A stretch of DNA of 64,000 nucleotides from Balanoglossus misakiensis (Eukaryota > Animalia > Hemichordata): assembly GCA_040954595.2 (NCBI GenBank), contig CM082590.2, forward strand, positions 3,472,001 to 3,536,000. Reading direction: 5' to 3'. The position numbers were made by a program, and so were the translations under genes. The notes beneath the pieces are model-generated. The model saw nothing but the letters and a program-made list of their open reading frames with translations, was not told the DNA's origin and did not search any database. How positions within the stretch are numbered: position 1 is the stretch's first letter; the number at the start of each line of letters is the position of its first letter. Below, piece after piece: positions 51,842-64,000 of the stretch.

Positions 51842-54800
51842 TTTTGTGTGTGTGTTTTTTGACCGCTTACCCTCGTACCTTTTAGAATTTTGAGTGGACG
51901 CAAAACAAAGAATTTACTTACTTTGGCCTAATCATCGTGGCCAGGTTTCACCCAAATGCAATTGGGTTGACAGTTGAACGTGTGCCAATTCAAGAGTGAA
52001 CCAGACTGTCTGGGTGTTTTGCGTCTGGCCATTTTTTTTTGCAATGAGACTCAGATACCTGCACAGGCCGTTCACTTATACATTTCACAAAAGAAGAGAC
52101 GAAGGCCACTGATCAGCTACCATACATGCACACTCTAAAGCCAATCACTTTCCCGCAATTCTCCCTACCTTAAATAGATTTTAAGCTACCTAAGTGAGTG
52201 ATGAAAATCAAATATGGTCGACACAATTTCAAGATGGCCGGTTGAGGGCGCGTCAGTAAAGAGCCTTGTAGCGAACCGTGGGCTGTGAGAGTGTCTAGTC
52301 AGTGAGTGTCTCTGACTGTCTGTCCCAGGGCTGCTTGAAAGAAGTTGCACTGCTTGTAAGATTGCCTTGACACATGACACTTGATTGGGCATGTTCCTAT
52401 AGTTCTATTTCTTTTACACATTTCCATATTTAGATATGGTTAGGTCATATCTGCTTGCCAATGTTACCTGCAGTGTTCTCTAAACAAACATAATTTTTTA
52501 AAGCTTTGAGTCTATTTGAAGATTTGTAAAAAATTCTCTGAGTCTGTACTTTGCATGTATTGTGGATAATTTCCTTGAGTCACCAGTGATGCATCATATG
52601 GGCTTAGAGGGCACACTGACAGTGACAAAACTATACCCCAAAGCGTTGCAGAATGGTCCCAAGCAGACATACAGGGGGGGGGGGGGTGGTCACTTGCCCC
52701 CTCCAATGCTGAAGTAGGGGGGGGGCAAAGACATACTTTTGCCCCCCCCCCCCCAAACTTTAGGGACAAAAAATTGTGGTTTGGAGATTGTTATATTACA
52801 AAATTATCTAATGTCAGAGGGGGACACCCCTTCCCACACCCACCCCTTTCATTCTTTCACACCTTTCATGTATTGCCTGGTGTACCTGGGCAGAGTACTT
52901 GCCCCCCTCCCCCCACCAATGCTAACTTTGATCGGCGAAGGTTAAATTTGTCCTCCCCAACATAGTAGAGTTAATTTGCTTTTTGAGTTCATTAAAATGC
53001 AGCTTTGAGCTCTGTATTTAATAAAATTTTCTAATGTGGGAGGGGGGCACCCACTCCCAAACCCACCTTTACCAATTCTACTAACTATTGTAATGACTTG
53101 TCCTTTTAATTTGTTCATATATTAATTTAATTATATTAATTTATTTATGTGTGCAAATTTCCATTGTAAGTCATTCACCACCAGAATGTTGGTTACATTT
53201 GCCCCCCCACCCCCTAACCATGAATTGGTCCCTAAGCCCCTGGCCTCGCAAATTATTCGTATGGGCTTAGATTATTCCTCAAATAATTTAGCGAAAACAT
53301 AAACAGAAAATCATTTCAATCAAATGCAACGCAATTTGAATGATGACCAATGGGATATTCATTGTCCTGTCATAGAACATTGAAAGGGTATATAAATAAG
53401 GCTTCCAACAAAAGGTACTACATAATTAAATGTAGATTTAAGAATTATTTTTCAGTTAAAATGAGTATAGTGCAAACAAATTCTGAAAATATTGTGTCAA
53501 TTTTATTCAAACAAAATTGCCAATATTGGAATGAATTCTTCAAATACATGTCATCAATAATTGAAATATCAACCTGTCTTCTTTATTAGTATATGTAGAC
53601 ATCTTAAAACACTATCATTCTTATTAATATGCCCATAACATCATTGATGTAGTTTTTTTCAAACCAGTTGATGTTCATTTGTGTGTTTGTTTTTGTGTGG
53701 CATCTGTCTCTGCAATTTACATATTGTTTGAAAGACTCATAAACAGAGAGTTAAAATGAGGGGTAAATTCAGGATGTTCTAAAATAATTCAATACAAACA
53801 AAGTTGTCCTAATCATGACAGCTGTCCCTGACACAGATGTACACATGGCCAATAATGGCACTGGCTAAACACATCTGTTTGACCCGCGTCTATTCACTTT
53901 ACAAGTTTACCTTCACACTGATAAACTAGGGATTGACCAGCCAGGTTAACATATTCGGGAAAATGTGCTTAAAGCAGAGAAGGGATGTATTTACAGGGAC
54001 AAAATGCGAAACAAAAGGATCACATCAGAGTGAATAATCCAAGCTGGTCAGTTTCTGTGTGTGTGTGGGGGGGGGGGGGTATTTGTGAGGGGAATTTACA
54101 AGCTTGATAATTCATATATTTGGTTCTTTAAAACACAAAATAGAAAACGTACACACAACAAGATTTTAAAAGGAAACATAACATTAACTGTGACTTGGGA
54201 GTATAACCAATTTGTGTGTATTGAACATACCTGTAGTGATAACAATAAGCTGTGGTTTAAGTATTTTATCGACAAAATTATTGGATTGTACAAAAATTAT
54301 TAGAATAACCTTTGTTATTGAGCTTAAACACAGAAACTGGTGAAGTTTTGTTGTCCTATTACTAAATATACAAGCAGATATTGTCATTGCAATTAACCTT
54401 GTCCCTGCTGGATCAATGGATAAAGAGAACACTGAGTTAACATGAAATAAAGTCTGTCCCCACATCTCTGAGTAATGGTTCCACACAAAAGGATTCACTG
54501 ACAAATGAAATGTTATATTTAAGACAGCTGGTTTCGATCCAAGGGAAATGAAATGAAATCACTGTCATTTCTGACAAGATTGTTAGTACATCAATTAAAT
54601 GTTGCATATATCACATGTTGATATGCATAATTGAAGACATTAAACTTGTGACAGATAAGCATTAAAACACTGCATACATTTTCAGAGAAAAAATACGAGT
54701 CACAAGAAACAAAAGGCAAGTATTATACTAACACACCAAAAACTGCCTTATATTGATAAACTTAGCCTGAAAGTTGCAAATGAATGTTATAATGGAAACA

Positions 54801-55720
54801 TTCCTGTTTCAAGAGGACATAAAAACATGATATTGTTGATAGTTTTAAAAATGCAAGTTACACAATTTTACATGGATGCACAAATCAAATTAGTACTTGG
54901 TTTAAAGACAGACAATCTCATTCTCTCTCTATTAAGCAAAGATTTGGCTACACATCCACAGAATGTGTTTAATGTCAATTGTGGTATACTAGTCCAGAAA
55001 AGATGTCACCACTTAAAATGCAAATATAAATTGAGATACTCCTATCCAATTAACCTGGGTCATTTGATTATCAAAGTGAATTTTCTCACAAGAAGATTGA
55101 AAGGCCACATTTTTGTTTATCAAATCATAGGATTGGTCTTTGCACACAGAGGATACTGCATGAGCAGTGTTCCCATCATATAGCGAGTGCTTAAAATGTC
55201 ATTTCATCCACTTATCTGTGACCATGTTTTTTGGCCTATGAACATATGGTGAAGGAGTGTCTAACTGAAGGTCTATTGTATAATTTCCTACAGTCACCTA
55301 AAAAGCAATTCCCACTATCACTAAACGCAGATCAAACATGAAATATTTCACTCTTTTGTCTAAATTTGACATTGTTGGAACTGTTCTGGGGATGTATCCG
55401 AATAAAATGTATATAAGTATTATTCCTTGTACTTGGAAATTATGTCACAACTCTGCCATTATATACACAATGGGAAATGCAGTTACTGTGTAGTACATGT
55501 GTGGCCAGATCCAAATTCTGTAGTGTTTGGAATCTACCAGTCTTGCACCCTCATGAGATGTTTGAGAGTACATTATGGATGCTAGGGTGTATTCATGGAA
55601 ATGTTCGATTTATGTTTCGGTAACATTCATGCACATGTATTGTGGTATCACAGATACTATACCGTATGTTAACGTAGAGTATTGTGATAATCTTTGGGTG
55701 ACACCCACATCAGTATGTCT

Positions 55721-58700
55721 CTATTGTTTACTTGCCAGCTCACGAAAGTGAGTTGTACAAACCCAAATAACATCCGTGCCGTAAACTATTGGCTGAAGTC
55801 CCCCAAACTGTCCATCTTCATCAGCTTTACCGAGAAAGCGTTGGAAATCTCTGCGGTGTGGAGATGATTTCATTTTTTCAAGCTCCTCTATGGATTCCTG
55901 TAGTGGCTCTTTGGATATGTCATTCAATTCTGGATACTTGCTTCCAAAATCATTCAAGAATTCTGACAGTAAGTTACCTCCTTTCCCAGCGATTGCTGGA
56001 ACTATTATTGCTGCTGCAGTAGCAGTACCGGTTGGATCTGGAATAAACTTCAACAAACCACCAGCTTCCTCAATGAACTTCAGAATTCTACAGATATGTG
56101 GACCATACTTCTTGAGAAACCCATTCACATTTCTAACTCGATAGCCCGGGGAATCAATGAAATGCAACTGTTTTGGTTTTTCACAAAGCAAGTGGACTGC
56201 ATAACCATCAGAGAAGTGGGAAAACACATACTGTGTCAGTTGACCCACAATTGATAGGCTGCCTGTGTTAACCGACAGCATAACAAAGTGACTTGGGCAG
56301 CGCATGTCTTTGGACATGTCTAACCTAGTCTGGGTAGAAATTGGTCTTTCAACACCATGCCACTGCAGTAGGTCTAACCTGCTGTCAAATGTGTGACTGT
56401 GTGATTTGGGGATGGAGCAGATTAGACTGTTTCCAACATGTTTCATTTCTCCAACCTTAGATTTACACTGAACGATACAGTGTGGGCATGATAGGGACTC
56501 TGGTACCTTCATATCAACATTCATGTACTGGGGGGTGTTGAGAACATCCTTCATGATGTCTTGGAGTTGTTGCAGAAGACAACAAGCCTGTGGTCCCCTA
56601 ACACTGACAAGGATACTGTTGCTATGGTAAAGCAACTCAAAACGCACATGGTGCGCAGCATTAACACTGCCATCAAAACCACCAAACTTGACACATTCGC
56701 CACATGGTTCCAGCTTCTCATTGCAAAGAAACACAATGTTATTTCGTGTGTATGTGGGATGACTCGACTCTGCAAACATGGCCTTCTCATTGACCGCTAC
56801 TATTAGATCACAGAAAAACAGCGGAGGTAGAAAGCCAAATTCATAAAGTTGACTAGCCTGTCTGACTTTGTCTTTAGGGTATGGGTACCAACTATCCTGT
56901 GATGGTTGACCAACGGGTAACTTACAAGGAAACAGAAAACCCTTATTTGCTTCAACTGATGTTTGTTCATCACCAAATGCAAAACATATACGCAATGATG
57001 TAAAAACATCTAAAAGTGAGCCACGATATTCACTTTCGATGTCTGCCCAGGCTTTTACCATGTTCTCCATTGACAGTATGCCATTGTTATCAATGAATTC
57101 CCCAGACCCATCTTCCCTTGCATAAGATATCAGTGTCTTCAATTTATTAGCCAGCCAATGGGGATCGAGTACTACCAGCACTTGCAGACCCTTGTCTACA
57201 GTTGTGGATCTAGATGGATCTACCACTATGTCACCCTGACTACACAGAAAACTGGTTGCATTATCTAATGTCACACCCTTTTCAATTCCAATGTTACCAG
57301 CAATCTCCTGGTATTCATTGTAGGTCATTACTGGGTTTGGACGTTTCAGTCGTTCTGATTTTAAGTTCTCTCGCAAGAGATTCCACTTTTCTGGGGTTTC
57401 TGGGTTTGTTGATTCCAAAAGATTATCACAAACAGTTTTTAGTGCTTTTTGCAACTGTGCAATGCTCTTATTCCCCTTGTATAATATCCAATTTGGGAAT
57501 TTTTTTGTGCTGCAAACCTCAACATATCCAACAACGTGTGGACAAGAAGTCAGAGCTCTTCTTTCTGAAGGAGGCATTTGACTTTCATCAACCAATTCCT
57601 CATCACCATCAATACTCACATATCCAGCCAATCCCTTAAACATACTCTTTCTTTTCAGCACATCTTGGTTCTGACACACTAAGCAATCTTTGCGCATATT
57701 TTGCCGGTAGTGCTTGCGATGTGTGTCTCTCATTTCAAAAAGTGTATCATGAACCGTCTTCCAAATCAAGTCAAGCACAGCCCTGTTTAACATTGGCGCA
57801 TCAGCATGGGTACCTACCAGAATAACTTGGGAATTTGGAGCATATGCAAACACAGTCTGCAACCACAATTTCACTCTCCCCATTTGATGTGAAGATGACA
57901 CCTTGTTCGTTGTTGAACTAATGGCAAATTTGCTGAGGTCAAAGGTGACCAAAAAGACACTGTCATCTGTAATAAACAGTGAATGTGATTCCAGAAAATC
58001 TACATCCCCAGCAAAATCAAACACGGTCAACTTAATATCTCTCTCTTTGAGATTTATTTCCGAGATGTCTATGCCATCAGTTTTCTGCACGTCTGATGAT
58101 TCACCCTTCAATGCTTGCACTAGAGTTGTTTTTCCTACACGTTCATGACCAACAAGAACTACCTTGACATTCCTATTAGGCAACGTGTTTGTGTTCAGAA
58201 ATTCCTTCAGGTAAGACAAGACAGCTTCCTTACCACCCCTTAAAATATCACGTGGTATGTTTATGGATGGATTTCCTTTTATGCTGATGTATTCACAATC
58301 AACAAGTTTGCTCAACGATGGTGGTATTCTCTTAATTGAATTGTTACTCACATCCAATCTTGATAAACCAGGAATTGAACCGATATCCTCCTGCAGATCA
58401 GTCAAACCATTGTTGTTTAAGAACAACTGTTTAACACTCCCACAAGCGATGTGTATTTGGTGTTTCATTTTACTGTCTGCTTGAGGAGATTTTTTCACTT
58501 GGAGGGGACAGTAACTTACATTCAGCATTTCAAATGACCCAGAATGTTGGATAGACCATGGTAAAGGGATCTTAGTATCAATGCAGGTGAAATACCTAGC
58601 TGAGGGCAAAAGCCAACCAGCCACTTTCTCGGGATCAAAAGACTTAACACTGATTAAAGTGAGACTTTCCGATACCTTTATGTTTCTCACCTCCTTGATG

Positions 58701-58930
58701 TCGACATTACATAACACTAATGAACTTAATTCTCTACCCTTCAAAAGTACATCTAACCTTGATAACGCTTTGCTGTCACCAACAACAATTGCCTTTACTT
58801 TCTCGCCACTGTTGTAAACGGCTTTCAACTTCTCATCCAAAGTGTCATCTGACAAGTCAAGGACTTTACGCGTCGTATCAGATTTTTCAACTACGATAGC
58901 TCCGATCTTTCCAAATTTGAGTAATTGTTT
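55721..58930 (-). CDS. ROCO protein, large terminal exon: LRR - ROC GTPase - COR - C-terminal domain (no kinase)
   Basis: Open 1069 codons after a tttttcag acceptor; LRRs (LFLNNNGLTDL, LDVSNNSIKRIP, ISIKGNP); ROC motifs GHERVGKT, KTDGIDI, FDFAG, VGTHAD; COR motifs PEKW, LDPHWL, FLFP. Confidence 0.95.
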   Translation of the reverse strand, partial: KQLLKFGKIGAIVVEKSDTTRKVLDLSDDTLDEKLKAVYNSGEKVKAIVVGDSKALSRLDVLLKGRELSSLVLCNVDIKEVRNIKVSESLTLISVKSFDPEKVAGWLLPSARYFTCIDTKIPLPWSIQHSGSFEMLNVSYCPLQVKKSPQADSKMKHQIHIACGSVKQLFLNNNGLTDLQEDIGSIPGLSRLDVSNNSIKRIPPSLSKLVDCEYISIKGNPSINIPRDILRGGKEAVLSYLKEFLNTNTLPNRNVKVVLVGHERVGKTTLVQALKGESSDVQKTDGIDISEINLKERDIKLTVFDFAGDVDFLESHSLFITDDSVFLVTFDLSKFAISSTTNKVSSSHQMGRVKLWLQTVFAYAPNSQVILVGTHADAPMLNRAVLDLIWKTVHDTLFEMRDTHRKHYRQNMRKDCLVCQNQDVLKRKSMFKGLAGYVSIDGDEELVDESQMPPSERRALTSCPHVVGYVEVCSTKKFPNWILYKGNKSIAQLQKALKTVCDNLLESTNPETPEKWNLLRENLKSERLKRPNPVMTYNEYQEIAGNIGIEKGVTLDNATSFLCSQGDIVVDPSRSTTVDKGLQVLVVLDPHWLANKLKTLISYAREDGSGEFIDNNGILSMENMVKAWADIESEYRGSLLDVFTSLRICFAFGDEQTSVEANKGFLFPCKLPVGQPSQDSWYPYPKDKVRQASQLYEFGFLPPLFFCDLIVAVNEKAMFAESSHPTYTRNNIVFLCNEKLEPCGECVKFGGFDGSVNAAHHVRFELLYHSNSILVSVRGPQACCLLQQLQDIMKDVLNTPQYMNVDMKVPESLSCPHCIVQCKSKVGEMKHVGNSLICSIPKSHSHTFDSRLDLLQWHGVERPISTQTRLDMSKDMRCPSHFVMLSVNTGSLSIVGQLTQYVFSHFSDGYAVHLLCEKPKQLHFIDSPGYRVRNVNGFLKKYGPHICRILKFIEEAGGLLKFIPDPTGTATAAAIIVPAIAGKGGNLLSEFLNDFGSKYPELNDISKEPLQESIEELEKMKSSPHRRDFQRFLGKADEDGQFGGLQPIVYGTDVIWVCTTHFRELASKQ

Positions 58931-59412
58931 CTGAAAAAGGAACACATCCGATAAATTCAACAGTTTTTAATACACGAAGGGCAGTATGCGACAAATTGAA
59001 GATTCATGAAAATTCCTTGTATGACACATCTGGTCTTTCACTTAATATTAGACGTGCCATTCTTTTATGCAATGTAATAACTCTTTTGACTAAAACGAAG
59101 TTCCTCTTTCTGCATAGCTGGACTAATACTCTCCTATGTAAGCGGAGCATATACTCATACATAATGATATTGGTAGGTGCTGATTGCTATACACGTTCTG
59201 TGACAAATTATTTTATTTCGTTACAGGGTGCTGTGATGAAGTAAGATGTAATTCTATATTTCAGAGCTAGCTTTCTTGCATAGAATAGAGAATGAACACT
59301 TGTATTCATATATCTCATGATGATATTGAAAAGCATTAATTATCATACAAGTACTTTGGCAAATTCATTTACTTATTTACGGGATAACATGATGTGATAA
59401 ATAGGAAATCAC

Positions 59413-59487
59413 CTTGGTTGATAACGATATACGAGAACATGAGAGCAATGCCAGTATGCTACACAGCAAGTCATCTGTATAGACATC
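59413..59487 (-). CDS. ROCO gene upstream exon (DVYTDDLLCSILALLSCSRISLSTK)
   Basis: 75 bp, phase 0-0, tag acceptor and gtgat donor, open and in frame with the terminal exon. Confidence 0.6.
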
Positions 59488-60779
59488 CTAAGGATTGAAA
59501 AAAAAGAAAATATATTTTATGAAATACATTAACGGGTAGACAGCTTATAAGAATTGCATCTTAGGGTAGATTATATGGAAGATTTATAAAACATTTGTAA
59601 CAAAGTTGTTATTATTAATTATTATTAAGACAAAGAAGCAGTACTCTAGAACGGCTCTTAGAACGAAAAACTTAGTGAACACTTTTCCCTTCAGTGAAGA
59701 GCTTTATGTACACTGTTTAAAATCCCATTTGCTTTTCCGTCTGTAAATTTGTTTTCGTTCTCAACAAAACTGTGAATGTGTTGCTTCACGGCAGTTTTTG
59801 CATTCAAATGTGTCACAGTACCTATAGGTAATTCATTTACACTTCAGAGAAATGTACAATTACAATATACGGTCTGTTCTTCGTCTAGATTTGATTTTTC
59901 CTATATATTTTTTGCATACTTTCAAAAGTTTTCAAAAATTATGTTTCCTTGTAGTTATATTTTTCCTGTATTTTGATTTTAAGATTAAATGATAAGCCCG
60001 ATGCAAACTCGTCCTCTCAACAAAAGTGTAAAATATTTTACCTTTGTTTTTATATTTATTAAACAACCACTTTTGTTACAACTTTAATACAATATCCATT
60101 AACATGTTGAGAAAATGTAGGTCGAGATGGGGACACCAATCAGTTAGTTGCAGAGAGTAAATATTTGACTGTTTGAAAATATGATATAAAAAGCTTTAAA
60201 AACCTGTTCATCTCTTAAAAAGCAGGAGTGTGCGACAAATGCTACAATGGCAAACTTATAATCATAACCACACAAAAGCAAATGATAAATTACGGTAATA
60301 CAATTATCATCACCAATAAGTTAATGGTTTTAAGGAATTATTAATTATATTAAATGGACGACTTGAAATCATGTTAGAGAAGTTATTTTTTCTGCTTTTA
60401 TTTTGTGTCTATTGTTAGTGTATAGCTAGTGCAGGATTCTCAATAAGGTCTACAGTGAAGCTAGTCAGGGGCTCACAATTGTCTTTTTAGCCAGAACTCT
60501 ATTTATAACACTTAAAACTCGTATTTTTATGATGACATTCTGAGAATCTGTGCCTTCTGGTGGCACAATTTTGAATGAACTGATGGGCATTGGTTGCTAA
60601 GTTCTCATAGATAATCCGACCGACATTTTTAGAAATTTGCACACATCCTCATTTTTATCGGTATGAAAAATGCAGGCATCCTCGAACAGGGCGGTTACTA
60701 TTTAAATTAGTTTTTGATCCAAACATTCAAATGCTTTATGTGATATGTTTTTGCTAACCGTTCGGGTGTTTTATAGTCA

Positions 60780-61395
60780 ATTATTACACCTCACGTATTA
60801 TACCATATTCGTGATTGGCTGAGACGCGCTCACTTGATATAGAAAAAAAAGTGATATAACATGGCTAGTGTTGATAAAGCCCTGTCGCGTGCGCTGATAT
60901 TGCCCGCTGGGTTGTTTTGTGTTCTGCGCGCGACTTCTACGCGTTCCAAACTGTCGTTCAATGGCTTCTTCCACGATCAGTCAACTCCCGCATCTATGGC
61001 TTCAAAGCGACACACAGGATTAACACCTGTTCAACTGGACGATATTTTACTGCAAACGGGCAGTAAATACACCAAAATCGCAACCAACAGCGCAGTATTT
61101 TCAAAATAATATAAGTTCGAAGTAGGTTTAGTATAATTCTTGGGAGATCGAGACATTTTACATTCTCAGCAACGTACGACATATGGACGCGAGTCTACGT
61201 TCTTATATGCTGCAGTGTATGTACGTTCAAATGTTCGGCGTAATAAAATTAATAACACATGATGCTCTGGTAACATCACGATTTGAAGCCTGCGGCTCGG
61301 GCATCATCAATATTATGGTCAGAGATCACCAGCCCGAGGGCAGGCCAAAGATCATGATATTGCCCGAGCATGACATGTGTTATTATTTTAATACT
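60780..61395. mobile_element. Probable non-autonomous element with a hairpin-like right end, in a ROCO intron
   Basis: Left end TGATTGGCTGAGACGCGCTCAC resembles the TATTGGTCGAGACACGACACGTG end of the 38879 element; imperfect palindrome GCTCGGGCA...TGCCCGAGC at ~61295-61370. Confidence 0.45.
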
Positions 61396-62253
61396 ATCGG
61401 GTAAATGATAAAACTGTGTATTCATATCATTATCATTTAGGAATTTACTGTTTTCTGAGATGGGTTGACAGAACGGATAAGGCTCCACGTGGGTCAGCTT
61501 TCATATATATATATCATGTTCTGCTTTCATAATAGTTTGTAATGGAAAGCGATCAGCCACTCCAGTTTTAAGTTCATAAACAAAAATAAACATACCAAAT
61601 TTCACATTGGTAGATATATAGAGAGGGTTTGTAGAGTTTCCTTTAATCACAGGGAACTGCCAAGATTGAACTCATCACAGATGACAGTAGTTTGAGTGTC
61701 CTGCAAATTTTCGTTGGCTCACCATGGTAGATGGTAAACATTATACTGCAGTGGACTGGCTCATTCGAATTGACTCGGTTGAATTGATACTTGTGGTGGA
61801 CTGGCCTTAAACCTGTATGATTGTGGTGTAACTGTGAAGCTCTTATTTCTTTCCTTGATGTCTGCGCATGGGAAATTGCTCCTATTATATAGTAGCATCA
61901 GGTATATGTGCTCAGGGCGCTTTACTGTTACTTCTGGTAAATTGACCTTATTTAGAACCTCAAAAGAAGCATCCATTTAAATGTCTGAACTTCTTAGGGC
62001 AATTTAAGAAGCAATGACAGAGTGCCTTGCTCAAAACACAAAACCACTGCCATGTCCAGACTCTCAGCCACAATCTCCAGTCTAGTCACCAGAGAATTGT
62101 AACTCTAGCTTCTAAATACACACCTTTAGCCATTCAACTGCAACATCGACAAGGTTTTTTCCATCCTAAAATATAAAAAAGCAGATAAGAGTGCCTATCA
62201 TTATTTTTTTATTTGGAAGAGAAGCTTTCTGTCAGGCCTACAGAAATGTTCAC

Positions 62254-62305
62254 CTGGACAACTTGAAGTCGCTCGGCATGCCTTAGCATCCAAGAGCGTT
62301 TAATG
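62254..62305 (-). CDS. ROCO gene candidate exon (IKRSWMLRHAERLQVVQ)
   Basis: 52 bp, phase 2-0, tag acceptor and CAG|gtga donor. Confidence 0.5.
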
Positions 62306-62579
62306 CTATAATGGAAAGGCACAGTAACACAATAGTTACTGCTTATAAGCTAGTCTTGCTGGCAACATCTAGAAACCTGCATCTATGTTTGGCTGAGGCC
62401 ATGAGGGTAGACGCCGCAATTTGTGGTTGGCAATTGTCGGGAAAACATACTTATGAAGTTTGAAAATTTACTGACATACAGCAAAATATCATAGATGACA
62501 TATCGCATTACGGTGGTGTATCGGAATCAGTATTTCACATCTTCAGAAAACATCACACAGTCATGTCTTGTGCTCTTAC

Positions 62580-62596
62580 CCATTAGAACGTGTGTC
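62580..62596 (-). CDS. ROCO gene candidate 17-bp micro-exon (DTRSNG)
   Basis: Phase 0-2, tag acceptor and gtaag donor; restores frame between 62735-62773 and 62254-62305. Confidence 0.4.
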
Positions 62597-62734
62597 CTAC
62601 CAAGAATACCGTCTCTACGCATGTTTTGAAAAGCAATGACATGTATAAAGTGCATGGGTCAAAGACACAACCCCTTCATGTCTGGATTCGAACCCACAAA
62701 TGTGTCGTCAACAGACAATTCTTTTTCTACGCAC

Positions 62735-62773
62735 CTTTGAATCTGCTGCAAGATCCATTTGGGTTTTGCCAGC
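62735..62773 (-). CDS. ROCO gene candidate exon, ankyrin C-cap (AGKTQMDLAADSK)
   Basis: 39 bp, phase 0-0, tctttag acceptor and AAG|gtgcgt donor; GKTxxDLA cap motif. Confidence 0.6.
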
Positions 62774-63289
62774 CTAAAGAATCAAGAAGACAGATTAGAC
62801 TGTTTTATATTTTTTGCACGACAATATGCCTCTCTTTAAATGAACAAAAATAAACGCCCAAAATAAATTACCAGTAGATGGAATTAATCTTAACTTTGTC
62901 GCGCAGTTCTCATTGCATTGTGTACAATGACACAATTTTTTGGAGGATCCGAGATAGATGACACTCCTTTATAACACTAATGTCCACCACTGAAATACAA
63001 CTTTTTGTGAGGCAACCAAAAACATCTATTATTTGAAGAAAACTGCTCACATCAATTGTGGTATTTGCTGGCTGAACATGTCACAAAATGTCTCTTTAGG
63101 AAATTTTAACCTCAATTTTCTATGTGGCTTTTAGACCATTCATTTGCTCTTTTCCTCGGTTACAGATAATTGTATCACACTAGATCATTGTTGTTATGTG
63201 TGCAAATTCAATCATTTGAGTTTCAGATTAGTAAAGAATTGTGTCTTATTGTGCTGGCTGTAATCAGTTGCCATATTCATTCAAGTTTT

Positions 63290-63556
63290 TGTAAAGGAAT
63301 ATTTGCGAGGGGCGATAACCGACGACCTTTTTGCGCGCGTTGGCCACTTTTTTTCACATTAGGTACATGCATACCAATTTTCAAATCTATCTGGCAGTGG
63401 TTGTTGGGCATGAGTTTCTGAATTTTGACCAATTTCACATTTTCCCAGCTAATTTGCATATGTTTTCCATCTACAGGCCAGCATGCATCTACGCACAAAA
63501 TATCAAGGTGATACGCGCAGTGGTTTTTAAATTTTTGATGTGGACGGATATACAGT
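63290..63556. mobile_element. Truncated copy of the older HINE-like family
   Basis: CCAGCTAATTTGCATA...CCATCTACAG...AGGTGATACGCGCAG...TTTGATGTGGAC shared with 25365-25530; left boundary approximate. Confidence 0.7.
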
Positions 63557-63565
63557 CATACTTGC

Positions 63566-63664
63566 CTTGTTGTGTATGTTGATATCAGCCTTGTATTCCA
63601 ACAGTAACCTCACTATATTCACATAGTCATTCCTTACTGCAACATGTATAGGCGTGTCGCCTTC
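63566..63664 (-). CDS. Ankyrin exon (EGDTPIHVAVRNDYVNIVRLLLEYKADINIHNK), probably of the ROCO gene
   Basis: 99 bp, phase 0-0, strong ankyrin consensus, cag acceptor, GC-type donor AAG|gcaagt. Confidence 0.85.
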
Positions 63665-64000
63665 CTGTCAAATATGAAGACACTATGAAATTCTCGGCCA
63701 GCGACTGTATAGACAGGAGAATAAAGCAAACGTGACGGGTAGCCCCACGCTTCACTGTGTAAACCGCGCCAGGGATCTACCTCACCGTTTACAGAAAGTA
63801 CGCCGATGCAAACTCATCACGACAATGAACCGCTGCTGCTTCACCCTAAACTTACGCGATTCTCAAATTACTTCCTCGTCAATATCGTCAAAATAAAAAC
63901 ATATCCCTTTGTTATCAGACATTTCAGGCATATTTTTCAAAATAACTTCAACGGGTGCGGGTGGGAAGAATGCAAATTGAACATACGATCCGACCCCAAT

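Noticed and set aside
52510-53270. G/C-run-rich segment and a repeat shared in inverted form with ~35815-35940
   Set aside because: Looks like decayed dispersed repeat fragments; no definable termini or coding signal.
58931-58960. Start of the 1079-aa ORF as the true N-terminus
   Set aside because: Non-ATG start within a polypyrimidine tract; the acceptor at 58931-58933 and upstream exons explain it.

Overview
Eukaryotic, intron-rich, AT-rich animal DNA (probably a marine invertebrate; this is inference). (1) 1-25324 is an array of non-autonomous Helentron/HINE-like elements: 17 complete 1.1-1.7 kb bodies plus one partial, and about 30 separate ~55 bp terminal-hairpin modules. Bodies and ends pair up like nested parentheses, which points to repeated self-insertion into the element's own (GAAA)n tract rather than ordinary tandem amplification. 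(2) The array lies in an intron of a minus-strand ankyrin-repeat gene (ATG at 30742, two 99-bp ankyrin exons, kappaB and CRE motifs upstream). (3) 32-38 kb holds orphan fragments of two housekeeping genes: frameshifted ELAC2/RNase Z exons 1-2, and a single hnRNP A1/A2-type M9 exon bracketed by TTAA-ended inverted repeats. (4) 38.9-48.4 kb is a ~3.5 kb direct duplication with internal foldback, flanked by inverted copies of a hairpin-ended element. (5) 49.3-51.8 kb is an internally deleted split-direct-repeat (Ngaro/PAT-like, DIRS order) retroelement. (6) 55.7-63.7 kb is the 3' part of a minus-strand kinase-less ANK-LRR-ROC-COR (ROCO) gene. All counts and exon calls were made by eye.
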